Shown here: piece by piece, positions 19,591-30,144 of the stretch | Layout of the letters: every line of letters begins with the position of its first letter | How positions within the stretch are numbered: position 1 is the stretch's first letter | Source of the DNA: Spirochaetia bacterium | GTDB taxonomy: Bacteria; Spirochaetota; Spirochaetia; DSM-2461 | Assembly: GCA_963668315.1 (NCBI GenBank) | Contig: OY764216.1 | Location: 3,104,001 to 3,168,000, forward strand | Direction of reading: 5' to 3' | DNA length: 64,000 nucleotides | Notes under the pieces: generated by a model | Told to the model about the DNA's origin: nothing | The model's database searches: none | Seen by the model: the letters and a program-made list of their open reading frames with translations, nothing else | Position numbers and translations under genes: made by a program

Positions 19591-20912
19591 AATCACTAGC
19601 CACATTTCCCAGGGGTATACATCCGCCGGGGGGAAAAGGATTGACCGAATCGGAAGAAATACGGACCGCCGCTCTTCCTCCTGTCGCGGTTATACCCCTT
19701 TCGCAGCATATAGGAGCGCCGGCAGAATGTCTTGTTCAGCCCGGCGATACGGTAAAGGAAGAGGACCTTATCGGTAAAGCCTCCGGTTTTGTATCCGCCA
19801 ATATTCATTCATCCATACCGGGAACGGTAAGTGAGATCAAGGAAATCTATCTTCCGAACGGCATGAAGTCAAAGGCCGTGACCATAGAGCTTTCCGGTGA
19901 ATTCAGCCGCTTGGGCAAGGAATCGGTCAAAGAGGACTGGCGTGCCATGGAAAAGGACGTCATCAAGTCCCGGATCATGGACCGCGGTATTGTCGGCATG
20001 GGAGGAGCCACTTTTCCCACCCATGTGAAGATGTCACTGCCCGAAGGGAAGAGCTGCGAGTATTTTATCATTAATGCCGTAGAGTGCGAGCCCTTCCTGA
20101 CGTCCGACCATAAGCTTATGCTGACCCAGACCGACGAGATCCTGGAAGGGATTGAGATCATCAGGAAGCTTCTGAGCCCTGAAAAAGTCATCATCGGTAT
20201 AGAAGCGAATAAAATGGATGCGGCGCGTTTGCTGGAAGAGTACATCCGGAAGAAGGGCCTTGATATAGAAGTGGCCCCTCTGAAGGTCAAGTATCCCCAG
20301 GGCGCGGAAAAAAGCCTTATCAAAGCCATCACCGGCAGGGAAGTCCCTTCGGGAAAGCTCCCCCTGGAAGTGGGTGTTATCAATGCCAATGTGGGTACCT
20401 GTTTTGCCATTTATGAAGCGGTCGTCTACAATAAGCCTCTGGTAGAGCGCCTTGTCACCGTATCGGGAAGCGCCGTGAAAAATCCCGGCGTATTCAAAGT
20501 ACGGGTCGGCACCCCCATCCGCTCCCTTATCGAGGAGTGCGGCGGTTTTATCGAGGAGCCGGAAAAAATTATCTCCGGCGGCCCCATGATGGGATTCGCT
20601 TTCTTCGATCTGGATACTCCCGTTACCAAGGGGACTTCGGGCGTAGTGGCTCTGACGGCCAAGGATGTCAAGAAGAGCAGGATCACTCCCTGTCTGTCCT
20701 GCGGAAAGTGCGTTGCCGCCTGTCCCATGGGCCTGAATCCGACAAAGCTCTACAAATATCTGGATTTTGAAATGGTCGAAGAGGCCAGCGCTGAAAGGCT
20801 TATGGACTGCGTTGAATGCGGATCCTGCGCCTATGTTTGTCCGGCCCATCTGCCCATCGTACAGATGTTCCGCGTCGGAAAGGGAGAGATTAGAAAAAAT
20901 GCCAAAAAATAA
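19587..20912 (+). CDS. rnfC: Rnf complex subunit C
   Basis: QHIGAPA, GMGGATFPT, ECEP, KYPQG, GGPMMG and two CxxCxxCxxxCP motifs. Confidence 0.96.
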   Translation: MKSLATFPRGIHPPGGKGLTESEEIRTAALPPVAVIPLSQHIGAPAECLVQPGDTVKEEDLIGKASGFVSANIHSSIPGTVSEIKEIYLPNGMKSKAVTIELSGEFSRLGKESVKEDWRAMEKDVIKSRIMDRGIVGMGGATFPTHVKMSLPEGKSCEYFIINAVECEPFLTSDHKLMLTQTDEILEGIEIIRKLLSPEKVIIGIEANKMDAARLLEEYIRKKGLDIEVAPLKVKYPQGAEKSLIKAITGREVPSGKLPLEVGVINANVGTCFAIYEAVVYNKPLVERLVTVSGSAVKNPGVFKVRVGTPIRSLIEECGGFIEEPEKIISGGPMMGFAFFDLDTPVTKGTSGVVALTAKDVKKSRITPCLSCGKCVAACPMGLNPTKLYKYLDFEMVEEASAERLMDCVECGSCAYVCPAHLPIVQMFRVGKGEIRKNAKK

Positions 20913-21960
20913 TTTTCAGATAACCTCATCCCCCCAGTTTCATAGTGGTATGTCCACATCCTTTGTCATGGGACATGTCTCCCTGGCTCTGGTTCCGGCT
21001 TCCCTGTGGGGGATATATGTTTTCGGCTGGCGGGCCCTTCTGGTTCTGCTGGTCTCTATAGCCGCTGCGATGCTGACGGAGTTCGTTCTGGGTAAGATCA
21101 CCAACAGTGACAATACCCTTACCGACGGAAGCGCTCTGGTCACCGGTCTGCTCATCGGCATGAATATGCCTCCCGCCGTTCCTCTGTTTATCCCGATTAT
21201 CGCGTCTTTTTTCGCCATATTCGTGGTTAAATGGACTTTCGGCGGACTGGGTGCCAACTGGATGAACCCCGCCCTGGCCGGACGTGTCTTTGTTTTCATG
21301 TCCTGGACCGGCGGAATGACCACCTGGACCCTTCCCGGACGTCTGGGAAGCACGGGCGCCCTCGATGCCGTCACGGGCCCCACGCCCCTCGGTTCCCTTA
21401 AAACCGGTCTTCTTAACGGAGTGGACGGGATTCACGGTCCTCTCCAGCTTCTGGCTGGCGAAGGCGTTCCCGTGACCTATAAGGACCTCTTCATGGGAAA
21501 TGTTCCCGGTTGTATCGGTGAAGTCTCGGCTCTCCTGCTCCTGCTAGGCGGGTTGTACCTCCTTTTAAGAAAGATCATAAGCTGGCACATTCCGGTAAGC
21601 TACATCGCTTCCTTTTCCCTCCTTGTATGGATTTTCGGGGGAAACCGCTACGGTACCGGCTTTTTCTCCGGCGATGTCCTGTTCCACCTTCTGGCGGGCG
21701 GTTTTATGCTGGGCGCTCTGTTTATGGCAACCGACATGGCTACTTCTCCCGTAACGAAAAAGGGAAAGATTATTTACGGTGTGGGATGCGGTTTTATGAC
21801 CTTCCTTATCCGTTTCTTCGGTTCATTCCCTGAAGGCGTATCCCTGGCCATTATCTTTATGAATATTTTCGTGCCCCTCATCGATAGATTTATCAAACCG
21901 GTAACCTTCGGAGTCCCCCGGAAAAAGGAGAGCGCTAAATCCAAGGAGGCCGCCAGATGA
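20899..21960 (+). CDS. rnfD: Rnf complex subunit D
   Basis: FGGLG.N..NPALAGR, DAVTGPTPL, GCIGE, FMATD..TSP, PEGV. Confidence 0.95.
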   Translation: MPKNNFQITSSPQFHSGMSTSFVMGHVSLALVPASLWGIYVFGWRALLVLLVSIAAAMLTEFVLGKITNSDNTLTDGSALVTGLLIGMNMPPAVPLFIPIIASFFAIFVVKWTFGGLGANWMNPALAGRVFVFMSWTGGMTTWTLPGRLGSTGALDAVTGPTPLGSLKTGLLNGVDGIHGPLQLLAGEGVPVTYKDLFMGNVPGCIGEVSALLLLLGGLYLLLRKIISWHIPVSYIASFSLLVWIFGGNRYGTGFFSGDVLFHLLAGGFMLGALFMATDMATSPVTKKGKIIYGVGCGFMTFLIRFFGSFPEGVSLAIIFMNIFVPLIDRFIKPVTFGVPRKKESAKSKEAAR

Positions 21961-22502
21961 GCCCCATCGCAGACAGAACTATAAGACTGGCCGTTATCTG
22001 TAGTATCGCGGCCCTTTTTCTGGGTGTCATCAATTCCATGACAGCCCCCGTTATTGAAGAGCATAAAAGACAGGAACTCCAGAAAGCCCTTAATGAACTT
22101 GTTGTGACCGGCCAGGCCGGAGAGGTCCAGGAATTGGACGACTCTCTGGTGACACAGCTCTATCCCATTATGGACGGCGGAGAGAAAATCGGCTGTATTC
22201 TCACCCTCATGGGAAACGGTTACGGCGGAGAACTGAAGATTCTGGCTTCCTACTCTCTGGACGGAACGCTTTTAAAAGCGATTCTTATGGAGGACAGTGA
22301 AACTCCCGGACTGGGAAAGAAAGCGGAAAAACCCGAATATATGGAGAAATTCCTGGGTAAGGGAAAAACCGGCAGCCCCATTCCCACGATGAAATCGCAG
22401 CTTGAAAAGCCCGATGCCGTCGCCGGTTCCACCATTACTTTTACCGGAGTCTCCCGGGCGCTCGCCGCCGGATCCGACTATGTGCGGGAGGAGTTGAAAT
22501 GA
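21957..22502 (+). CDS. rnfG: Rnf complex subunit G
   Basis: GYGG, ETPGLG and the FMN site DAVAGSTIT. Confidence 0.93.
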   Translation: MSPIADRTIRLAVICSIAALFLGVINSMTAPVIEEHKRQELQKALNELVVTGQAGEVQELDDSLVTQLYPIMDGGEKIGCILTLMGNGYGGELKILASYSLDGTLLKAILMEDSETPGLGKKAEKPEYMEKFLGKGKTGSPIPTMKSQLEKPDAVAGSTITFTGVSRALAAGSDYVREELK

Positions 22503-23119
22503 AAGAATTAACAAAAGGTATATACAGGGAAAACCCTATTTTCGTTCTGGTCCTGGGGCTCTGTCCCTCCCTGGCCGTTACCACTCAGGTCGTCAACGGC
22601 ATAGGAATGGGAGTAGGTACCATGTTTGTTCTCATCTGTTCGAACATCATGATCTCCCTTTTAAAAAATGTTATCCCCGATGAGATTCATATCCCGGCGT
22701 ATATCGTTATTATTGCCTCCTTCGTGACCATACTGGATATGATTATGCAGGCATACATTCCCGCCCTTTCCAGTTCTCTGGGGGTATTCGTACAGCTGAT
22801 CGTTGTAAACTGTATCATTCTGGGCCGGGCCGAAGCCTTTGCCAGCAGTCACGGCGTATGGGATTCCATTAAGGATGCCATTGGTATGGGTATCGGTTTT
22901 ACCCTGAGCCTTTGTCTTATCGCCCTGATCAGGGAAACTCTGGGTGCGGGTACCATTACCCTTTTCCCCATCGAATCTATCGGATTCAACGGCGAGATCA
23001 GCATTCCCGGTCTGGTCAATTCTCCTGCCCGGGTCATGACGCTGTCAGCCGGTGCATTGCTGGTGATGGGATACCTTAAGGCTATCATCAACACCATCAA
23101 CGAGAAGAAAGGAAAATAG
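22499..23119 (+). CDS. rnfE: Rnf complex subunit E
   Basis: LGLCPSLAVT, LIVVNCIILGRAEAFA. Confidence 0.95.
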   Translation: MKELTKGIYRENPIFVLVLGLCPSLAVTTQVVNGIGMGVGTMFVLICSNIMISLLKNVIPDEIHIPAYIVIIASFVTILDMIMQAYIPALSSSLGVFVQLIVVNCIILGRAEAFASSHGVWDSIKDAIGMGIGFTLSLCLIALIRETLGAGTITLFPIESIGFNGEISIPGLVNSPARVMTLSAGALLVMGYLKAIINTINEKKGK

Positions 23120-23121
23120 CC

Positions 23122-23712
23122 ATGACTTATGTTGGAATTTTAATAACTTACGTTTTTATCAGCAACCTCATTTTAAGCCAGTTCCTGGGGCTTTGCCCCT
23201 TTATCGGAGTATCGAAAGACCTGGAATCGGCTTCAGGAATGGGTTTCGCCGTAACCTTTGTCATGACCATCGCTTCGCTGGTGACATGGATGGTTTACCA
23301 CTGGATACTTATTCCCCTGAATGTGGAATATCTCCAGACGGTGACCTTTATCCTTACCATCGCCTCTCTCGTGCAGCTGGTGGAGATGATTGTCCAGAAA
23401 TATTCTCCTGCTCTGTACAAAGCTCTGGGTATTTATCTTCCCCTTATCACTACAAACTGCGGTGTTCTGGGTATCGCCCTCATTAACATAAATGAAGGCT
23501 ACAACCTTATGGAAAGCTTTATCGCCGGTATGGCCGGCGGTCTGGGTTTCATGCTGGCCCTTATTCTGATGTCTTCCATCAGAGTCCAGATGAGAACCGA
23601 GCGGGTCCCCCGGGCATTCAGAGGCATACCCATTGCTTTTATCTCGGGCGGACTGATGGCACTGGCCTTTATGGCCTTTGACAAAGCCCTGCTGACGAAT
23701 CTTATAGGATAG
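23122..23712 (+). CDS. rnfA: Rnf complex subunit A
   Basis: FLGLCPFIGVS, LGIYLPLITTNC. Confidence 0.95.
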   Translation: MTYVGILITYVFISNLILSQFLGLCPFIGVSKDLESASGMGFAVTFVMTIASLVTWMVYHWILIPLNVEYLQTVTFILTIASLVQLVEMIVQKYSPALYKALGIYLPLITTNCGVLGIALININEGYNLMESFIAGMAGGLGFMLALILMSSIRVQMRTERVPRAFRGIPIAFISGGLMALAFMAFDKALLTNLIG

Positions 23713-23720
23713 GAGAGAAT

Positions 23721-24532
23721 ATGGATATTTTGCGAATTGTACTTGGAATTCTTTTTACTCTCCTTTTCGGAGGGTTGCTCGGCATGGGACTGGCTGTCGC
23801 CTTCCGAAAATTCAGCATCGAAAAAGACAAGGTTGTGGAAGATCTGGAAAATGCCCTTCCCGGACTGAACTGCGGAAGCTGCGGTTATGCCGGCTGTTCC
23901 GGCTACGCCGAAGCGCTGGCCGACGGCAGCGATACGGATCTGACGAAGTGTAAACCGGGCGGACAGAGCTCTCTTGATGCTATCGGCGAGATTTTAGGTA
24001 TCGCCGTGGAAGCGGGCGGAACAAAGCTTGTCGCCATGCCCCATTGTATGGGAAATAACGAGAAAGCCCTCAAGAAGTACGAATATGCCGGTCTGCAGGA
24101 CTGCCGGGCGGCGATGAGTCAGTTTAAGGGATTCAAAGAGTGTGAATACGGTTGCCTCGGACTGGGATCTTGCGTGAAAGTATGTCCCGTGGGCGCCATC
24201 TCCAAAACCGGCGACGGCCTGGTCGTTGTGGACAGGGACCTCTGTATCTCCTGTGGAAATGTGTCGATATCTGTCCTACGGGTGTTATGAAAATGGTTCC
24301 CTTTGACGTGGATTACTATATCGCCTGTAATTCCAAGGATAAGGGTAAAACCACGAAAGCCAACTGTTCCGTCGGTTGTATCGGCTGTAAAATCTGTGAA
24401 AAGAAATTCCCCGAGGGAGCTTTTATTGTTCAAGACAACCTATGTGTGATAGACTATGCGAGTAAGGACAGGGAAGAGAGCAGAAGCGAAGCGGCAGAAA
24501 AGTGCCCTGCTAAATGCATCGTTAAAATGTAA
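23721..24532 (+). pseudogene. rnfB: Rnf subunit B split by an apparent 1-nt deletion near 24257 (sequencing error or true frameshift)
   Basis: LPGLNCGSCGYAGC...CISCG continues as KCVDICP...CIGCKIC in another frame. Confidence 0.85.
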
Positions 24533-24573
24533 TCTGAATTAATCTACCGTATAGGATAGTGATAGGATAGGGG

Positions 24574-26433
24574 ATGGGAAAGTTAAAACTGTTTATTGGT
24601 ATCTATAACTCATTTTCTCCCAGTTTGACTGAGGAGGAGATGAGTGATATATATGATAAGTCCTTAAAGCAGTATTTGACGAAATTGTATAATAAGAAAA
24701 GCGCCAAGCTTTATCTTTACTATAATGGCCGTCTTCTATCCTGGATCGAAAAAAAACATCCCGAATATATTACCGTCCTGGAAGAGCTCGTTCAGCGCCG
24801 ACAGGTGGAAATACTTAACGGGCCTTACTACGAGCCCATGCTGCCCGTCATTCCCGTATCCGACCGGTTGGGGCAGCTGGAAAAAACGACGACCTATCTG
24901 AGAAAGCTTTTCAAAAAACGGTTCAGGGGCTGCTGGCTTCCCGGTTTCATCTGGGAGCCTTCCCTTGCGTCCAATCTCTCCGGTGCGGGTATCAATTATA
25001 CCTTTCTGGAAGTGGAGCAGTTTGAGAAGTCCGGAATCAAGTCTTTGTATGAACCGGTCCTTACCGACGACCAGGGCAGGGAAGTGGCCATTTTTCCCCT
25101 CCACAGGGTTCTTTCCGAATCGGCCATCAATGCTCCGGCTCCCAACATAATCGGTACTCTGAAGAAAATATCCAATGAAAGCCATGAGGACAGGCTGGTT
25201 AACCTTGTTTTCCCCGGGGAGTTTCTCGCCGATGAAAGGAAAATGGAGTGGCTGGACCTCTTTCTCGATCTGGTGGCGGACAATCAGGAATGGATCGACT
25301 GCGAAATTCCCAATCAGTATATGAAAAACTGTGAAAACAGCTGGAACCGGGTTTACTTCAACAGTTCCACATACGGGGACCTTAAGAGATATTTCCATGA
25401 TAAAACGGATTTTCTACCCGATGTGAATCCTCCCGGCGAGAACGATCCCTACCGAGCCATTCTCAGAACGAATCAGCAGCAGGCCTTCTATTACGGTCGG
25501 CTTAACTACGTGACTCTTCTCATAAATTCTATCCGCGGCGACAAGGCCAGGAAAAAAAGCGCCAGGGAAAACCTCTGGAAAGCCCAGAACCTTTACAGTT
25601 TCTGGTCCGGCGATACGGCCCTCAAGACAAAAAGAGCCGGTTATATGAGCCTGATTGATGCCGAGAAGACGACGAGGGAGAAGGGAATATTCAACAGCTC
25701 CATCATCGAAATCGATTATGATCTGAACGGTCAGAGCGAATTCGTTTTCCAGGGCCTTATCTATAACGGATGCGTCCATCTGGAAGGGGGAACTCTTTAT
25801 GAGCTGGATTACCTTCCTACCTGCTGGAATTACAGTTTCAACCGGGCGGGACGGAAGAGTTTTATCGACTGTTTCCTGCCCGAGGGATTCAACGAAGATA
25901 ACTATTTTGAACGCAGGGCGACGTTGAACGGAGCCGGCGTTTACTCCTATCGGCTTAAAGATGCCTCGCGGGACGAAAAGCAGATAATTCTCAAGGGTGA
26001 GATAGACGTTAATGATAAAAAGAACGAACCCTGTACCGTGCGCATTACGAAAAAGTATCTCTTCAAACGCAACTGGTTTGTCGTGTCCTACATCATTGAA
26101 AATGTTACGGAACAGAGCCGGGAATATCAGTTCGGAACGGAAATCAACCTGTCCCTGATCGGTTCAGAGCCCGATAACGGCGAGCTCTCCTTTGTCACAT
26201 CAAAGGATAAAAGTGATATAGGTAAAAAGAGTGTTGCCCACTGTTCCTCGGTCATGCTTCTCGATAAAGTTAATAATACCGATATTCAGCTGGATTTCGG
26301 AGAGGATATGGACCTCTGGTATCGGATGGATCAGAATACGACGACCCTTGTCCCCTGGCAGGATTTTATTCTCTACCCGTTGGAAAAGAAGGAGATCACC
26401 ATCTCCCTTAAACTGGGCCGTCACAAAAGCTGA
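24574..26433 (+). CDS. GH57-like alpha-amylase/4-alpha-glucanotransferase homologue
   Basis: QVEILNGPYYEPMLPVIP..DR.GQ, GCWLP...WEP, DYDLNG..E, GG.LYELD. Confidence 0.8.
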   Translation: MGKLKLFIGIYNSFSPSLTEEEMSDIYDKSLKQYLTKLYNKKSAKLYLYYNGRLLSWIEKKHPEYITVLEELVQRRQVEILNGPYYEPMLPVIPVSDRLGQLEKTTTYLRKLFKKRFRGCWLPGFIWEPSLASNLSGAGINYTFLEVEQFEKSGIKSLYEPVLTDDQGREVAIFPLHRVLSESAINAPAPNIIGTLKKISNESHEDRLVNLVFPGEFLADERKMEWLDLFLDLVADNQEWIDCEIPNQYMKNCENSWNRVYFNSSTYGDLKRYFHDKTDFLPDVNPPGENDPYRAILRTNQQQAFYYGRLNYVTLLINSIRGDKARKKSARENLWKAQNLYSFWSGDTALKTKRAGYMSLIDAEKTTREKGIFNSSIIEIDYDLNGQSEFVFQGLIYNGCVHLEGGTLYELDYLPTCWNYSFNRAGRKSFIDCFLPEGFNEDNYFERRATLNGAGVYSYRLKDASRDEKQIILKGEIDVNDKKNEPCTVRITKKYLFKRNWFVVSYIIENVTEQSREYQFGTEINLSLIGSEPDNGELSFVTSKDKSDIGKKSVAHCSSVMLLDKVNNTDIQLDFGEDMDLWYRMDQNTTTLVPWQDFILYPLEKKEITISLKLGRHKS

Positions 26434-27635
26434 TCCAGGCTCTTCTCCATCCATTCATTGGATGCCTGATAATAACCGTCACGGCTCAGGAGAAATTCCA
26501 GATAGGCCGATTCATATTTTTCCTGAAAGTAAAAGCACTGCCCCCTATAGAAGTGAATGCGCTCCTTGAGTTGATTATCTTCCACCTCATCAAGAAGGAT
26601 AAGCATCGCCCTTTCGGCATGGGCCCATCGGTTTTTCAGGAAATATTCACCGAGTATTTTTTTCAATTTTGATTCCAGCAGAGTGGCGCCTTTCGTGTCT
26701 TCTTCTTCAGGAAGGATCTGCGGCTCCACCGTAACGGATCGTTCATCGTCTGGGCGGGAAAGGAAAGCCTTCAGTCTTCTCTCCAATGTCTGGCTGAGAG
26801 TCTGTTGGGGAGGAAAGACAACGTCAAGGGGAGGAAGACCGGTATAGTATTTTTCCAGCTGGAGAGTCGGCAAGGGGGCTTTTCTCACGGGAAGAGCTGA
26901 CCGGGGATTATCCAGAAATTGCGACAGGGGCAGCTCAACGGAATCTACCGTATGGTTCCCCGTATATAGCAGTGCTTCATCGTCGCCGAAGGAGAGCAGC
27001 TCCCTGTCGACAGCGGCGTAATAATAGGGGATTCCCGGGATGGGATTATCACTCCATGAGTGTTGATCCCTTTCCAGCACGGATATGAGAAGGGAATCTT
27101 TCAATTGGTCCATACTGGTTATAGGAGAGGTCGACCGGTAGAGGGATACGGCTCTGAGATTATTATCACGGTTGAAGGTAATATGAATTTCTCCCTCTGC
27201 CGGTCGGGCGGAAAGATTGGTAACCGTTACCGCTTCTGTGAGAGAGACGGCTTTTCTGTCGATTTTTATACCCCGGACCGTAGCATTGGCATAGGGGATG
27301 ATTATGGGAAAATAGGACCGGTTATCCTCAATCGTAATAAGGTAATACCAGTCAATATCGGCGGGAGGGGAATCTCGGTATAATTCCACCCCTTCCTGCA
27401 CCGTATCGATCAGGGATGCTTCACTCAGGTTATTGCGGGTTATGGGAACCCTGTGTCTGTGAATATGGTAAACTTCCCCCGAAAGGCTTTCCGAATCTTT
27501 CCATGAGAGGATTACTTCACTTCCAGCTGTCCGGGCAGAGATCTCTGTGGGAAAATTGGCCGTCCCCCTCTCCTGGGAAAAAAGAAAGGGGAAGATCAGG
27601 ATAAGATGTATAAGAAAAAAAGCCTTCTTCATCAC
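26421..27635 (-). CDS. Secreted hypothetical protein (beta-rich domains + C-terminal TPR-like helix pair)
   Basis: Signal peptide; two segments ending in YY motifs; FYRGQCFYFQEKYESAYLEF. Confidence 0.65.
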   Translation of the reverse strand: MMKKAFFLIHLILIFPFLFSQERGTANFPTEISARTAGSEVILSWKDSESLSGEVYHIHRHRVPITRNNLSEASLIDTVQEGVELYRDSPPADIDWYYLITIEDNRSYFPIIIPYANATVRGIKIDRKAVSLTEAVTVTNLSARPAEGEIHITFNRDNNLRAVSLYRSTSPITSMDQLKDSLLISVLERDQHSWSDNPIPGIPYYYAAVDRELLSFGDDEALLYTGNHTVDSVELPLSQFLDNPRSALPVRKAPLPTLQLEKYYTGLPPLDVVFPPQQTLSQTLERRLKAFLSRPDDERSVTVEPQILPEEEDTKGATLLESKLKKILGEYFLKNRWAHAERAMLILLDEVEDNQLKERIHFYRGQCFYFQEKYESAYLEFLLSRDGYYQASNEWMEKSLDQLL

Positions 27636-27674
27636 TTCTCTTATCGGACGGCAACTCTTTAAACTTTATAAAAA

Positions 27675-28841
27675 TCAGGAAAAAATATGACTTTCCCTGG
27701 ATGCACAGGCCGTTTTGAGAAGTTCATCCAGATTTGCGAGCTCTCTATGCTGGGATGAAATGGTCTCAAAATCCGGTCTTATCAGAGGGTGTTCCGGTGA
27801 GAACAGGGTACAGCAGTCATCAAAGGGCCGGGTTGAGGTCTCAAAAAGCTCAAGGCGCCGGGATATCAGAATAATCTCCTCCTTATCCATGCCAATACAT
27901 GGACGGAGAACGGGCAGATCTACAACACTGCCGGTAAATCTCAGGCTCTCCATGGTCTGACTGGCAACCTGGCTTAAGGCTTCTCCCGTGATAAGAGCAC
28001 CGGCTTTCTCCTCTTCGGCAATCATCTGGGATATACGCATCATGGCGGCTCTCGTATGAAGAGTCGTTGCTTCGGGAGGTACCGATCTGTTGATCTCCAT
28101 CTGTATCTCCGTAAAATTCACTACCCAGAGACGTAACCCCCCCGACCAGGGAGCCAGGCCTGCGGCCAGATCTTTAACCTTCGTCATCGCATCTTCCGAA
28201 GTGTAGGGAGGGGTATGGAAATATACCGCGCTGAGTTTTACTCCCCTTTTTCCGATCAGATACCCGGCCACCGGTGAATCTATTCCTCCGGAAAGGAGAA
28301 GCACCGCCTTTCCCGCAGTGCCCACGGGAAGTCCGCCGGCGCCCCTTTCTCCATACCCATAGACATAGCCCTGTTCACGAAGCTCAACATGGACGATCCA
28401 ATCGGGATTTTTCACATCAACCACGAGGGAGGGGAAACGGTCCAGCAGAGCTCCGCCTATTTCCGAAGAGTAAGCATAACTGTCCAGGGGAAGGCTTTTA
28501 TCGATTCGTCGGGTTTCAACCTTGAACTTTACACCCCTTTGCGCATTAAGGTTTGATTCGGCAACGAGTACCGCCTTCTCGAGTACTTCTTCGAGAGATT
28601 TACCGCAGTGATGGGTTTTATAGAATGCCACGATTCCGAAAGTCGTTCCAAGATTCCGGGAGACAATTTCGTCGGGGCAGTCTTCCACCTCAAGGTAGTA
28701 CCGTCCCGATCTTATGATGACTTTATTTTTGTAGCCGCGGAACTTTGCTTTTATATTCTCTTTGAGCACCCGCTCAAACATTTTTTTATTACCCTTCTTC
28801 AGGGTAATTTCACCTATCTTTATAAGATACATTTCACTCAT
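27675..28841 (-). CDS. thiI: tRNA 4-thiouridine synthase
   Basis: GEITLKKGN, GGLPVG, LLSGGIDSPVA, QVASQT, DCC. Confidence 0.95.
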   Translation of the reverse strand: MSEMYLIKIGEITLKKGNKKMFERVLKENIKAKFRGYKNKVIIRSGRYYLEVEDCPDEIVSRNLGTTFGIVAFYKTHHCGKSLEEVLEKAVLVAESNLNAQRGVKFKVETRRIDKSLPLDSYAYSSEIGGALLDRFPSLVVDVKNPDWIVHVELREQGYVYGYGERGAGGLPVGTAGKAVLLLSGGIDSPVAGYLIGKRGVKLSAVYFHTPPYTSEDAMTKVKDLAAGLAPWSGGLRLWVVNFTEIQMEINRSVPPEATTLHTRAAMMRISQMIAEEEKAGALITGEALSQVASQTMESLRFTGSVVDLPVLRPCIGMDKEEIILISRRLELFETSTRPFDDCCTLFSPEHPLIRPDFETISSQHRELANLDELLKTACASRESHIFS

Positions 28842-28902
28842 GATATCATTTTATACTGATAGGGGTATTTTTCCAAGAGTTTGAACGGAATGGGGGGTAT
28901 TA

Positions 28903-29283
28903 TTACCTGACATCCCATAGTTTTTGCAGATCCCGTGGCAGATCTCTATAATCGATGGTTTTCTTGCGGAAAGTTGTTTTATTCTTAAGATAATTTTCAA
29001 TCTTCAAAGCCTCACTATCGGTCAGACTGCGCTTATGACCGTCTTTCCAGAAAATAACATATTCCTGATCGATTAATTCCAGCTGTTTGATATCCGGGAG
29101 GAGGAGCCAGTTTAACTCCTTGGGAAGGGAAGAAATCGTCCACTCATCGATACAGGGATTCTTTAGTTCCGGCACATATTTCAGAATATGCTCAATCTCC
29201 CACCGGGAAAGATTTTTTTCTATATGAGGCCTGACTGACTTGAAGGACATGTTATCCCTGGATTTGGTAAATTTAAACATCAT
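28903..29283 (-). CDS. Hypothetical protein
   Basis: 126-aa ORF filling the intergenic space; no motif recognised. Confidence 0.5.
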   Translation of the reverse strand: MMFKFTKSRDNMSFKSVRPHIEKNLSRWEIEHILKYVPELKNPCIDEWTISSLPKELNWLLLPDIKQLELIDQEYVIFWKDGHKRSLTDSEALKIENYLKNKTTFRKKTIDYRDLPRDLQKLWDVR

Positions 29284-29419
29284 AATTCGGTTCTTTCATC
29301 CAAAGAAAAGAAATATATCGCATATTGTAAATAAAACAAAGAAAATTGGGGATAAATCTGTCATAGCATGGAAGCGGGTCTCTTTTGAAAAAAGATGAAA
29401 GACGCTCTATAATACTCCT

Positions 29420-30055
29420 ATGAATAAAAGAACTCTCTACCTTGCGGTTATATTAGGCTTGACGGTAATAACTTTAGCGGCAGAAACATATAGAATCAAT
29501 GTGCCCTTCTACAAACAGGGAAAAGACGCTCCCTGGGCAGAGGATAAACTGGGCAATAAATCGGAATTAACCATTCGCACCCACGGCTGTGCGTTAACAT
29601 GTATCTCCATGGTCATATCCCATTTCAGTGAAGATCCGAGAACTCCCTCGGATATGAACGCCTGGCTGAAAAGAAACGGCGGATTTGAAGACGGATGGGA
29701 GGGTAGTCAATATCTGGGAGAAGTCGTTCTCAACTGGCCCGCATTGGCATCCTACGGTTCAGGATATGTTTATACCCGTTTTGACTGGCAGGCCCAGCCG
29801 GCGGATCTCCTGCTTATCCAGTACTATCTTGGTAAAGGAGTTCCGGTCATTGCCGAAGTAAAATATCGCGGAGCTCCTCACTATGTGGTCCTGACCGGTT
29901 ATGAGGGGGGGGATTTTCTGATGAATGATCCGGAAATCCCCGATCAGCACTCCTTTAACGGCTACTATAATATAGCCGATGAGTGGGGCTCCGGTCCGGG
30001 GCGGAATATTTATGGAATACGGGTGATTTATCCTGCAGGACTCATGGCGGAATGA
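29420..30055 (+). CDS. Secreted C39-like cysteine peptidase
   Basis: Signal peptide; PFYKQ, GCALT, HYVVLTG, NDP (Q/C/H/D set). Confidence 0.82.
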   Translation: MNKRTLYLAVILGLTVITLAAETYRINVPFYKQGKDAPWAEDKLGNKSELTIRTHGCALTCISMVISHFSEDPRTPSDMNAWLKRNGGFEDGWEGSQYLGEVVLNWPALASYGSGYVYTRFDWQAQPADLLLIQYYLGKGVPVIAEVKYRGAPHYVVLTGYEGGDFLMNDPEIPDQHSFNGYYNIADEWGSGPGRNIYGIRVIYPAGLMAE

Positions 30056-30144
30056 GCGGTATCCGGTTGGGGTATTTTCCAGGGAACTAAGAGAGTGTGA
30101 ACGGGTATTAAATCGATTCTATTTATCTCGGGAATAAAGTGGGA

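Noticed and set aside
123..30000. Numerous antisense/overlapping ORFs in the backbone
   Set aside because: Shadow frames of well-supported genes
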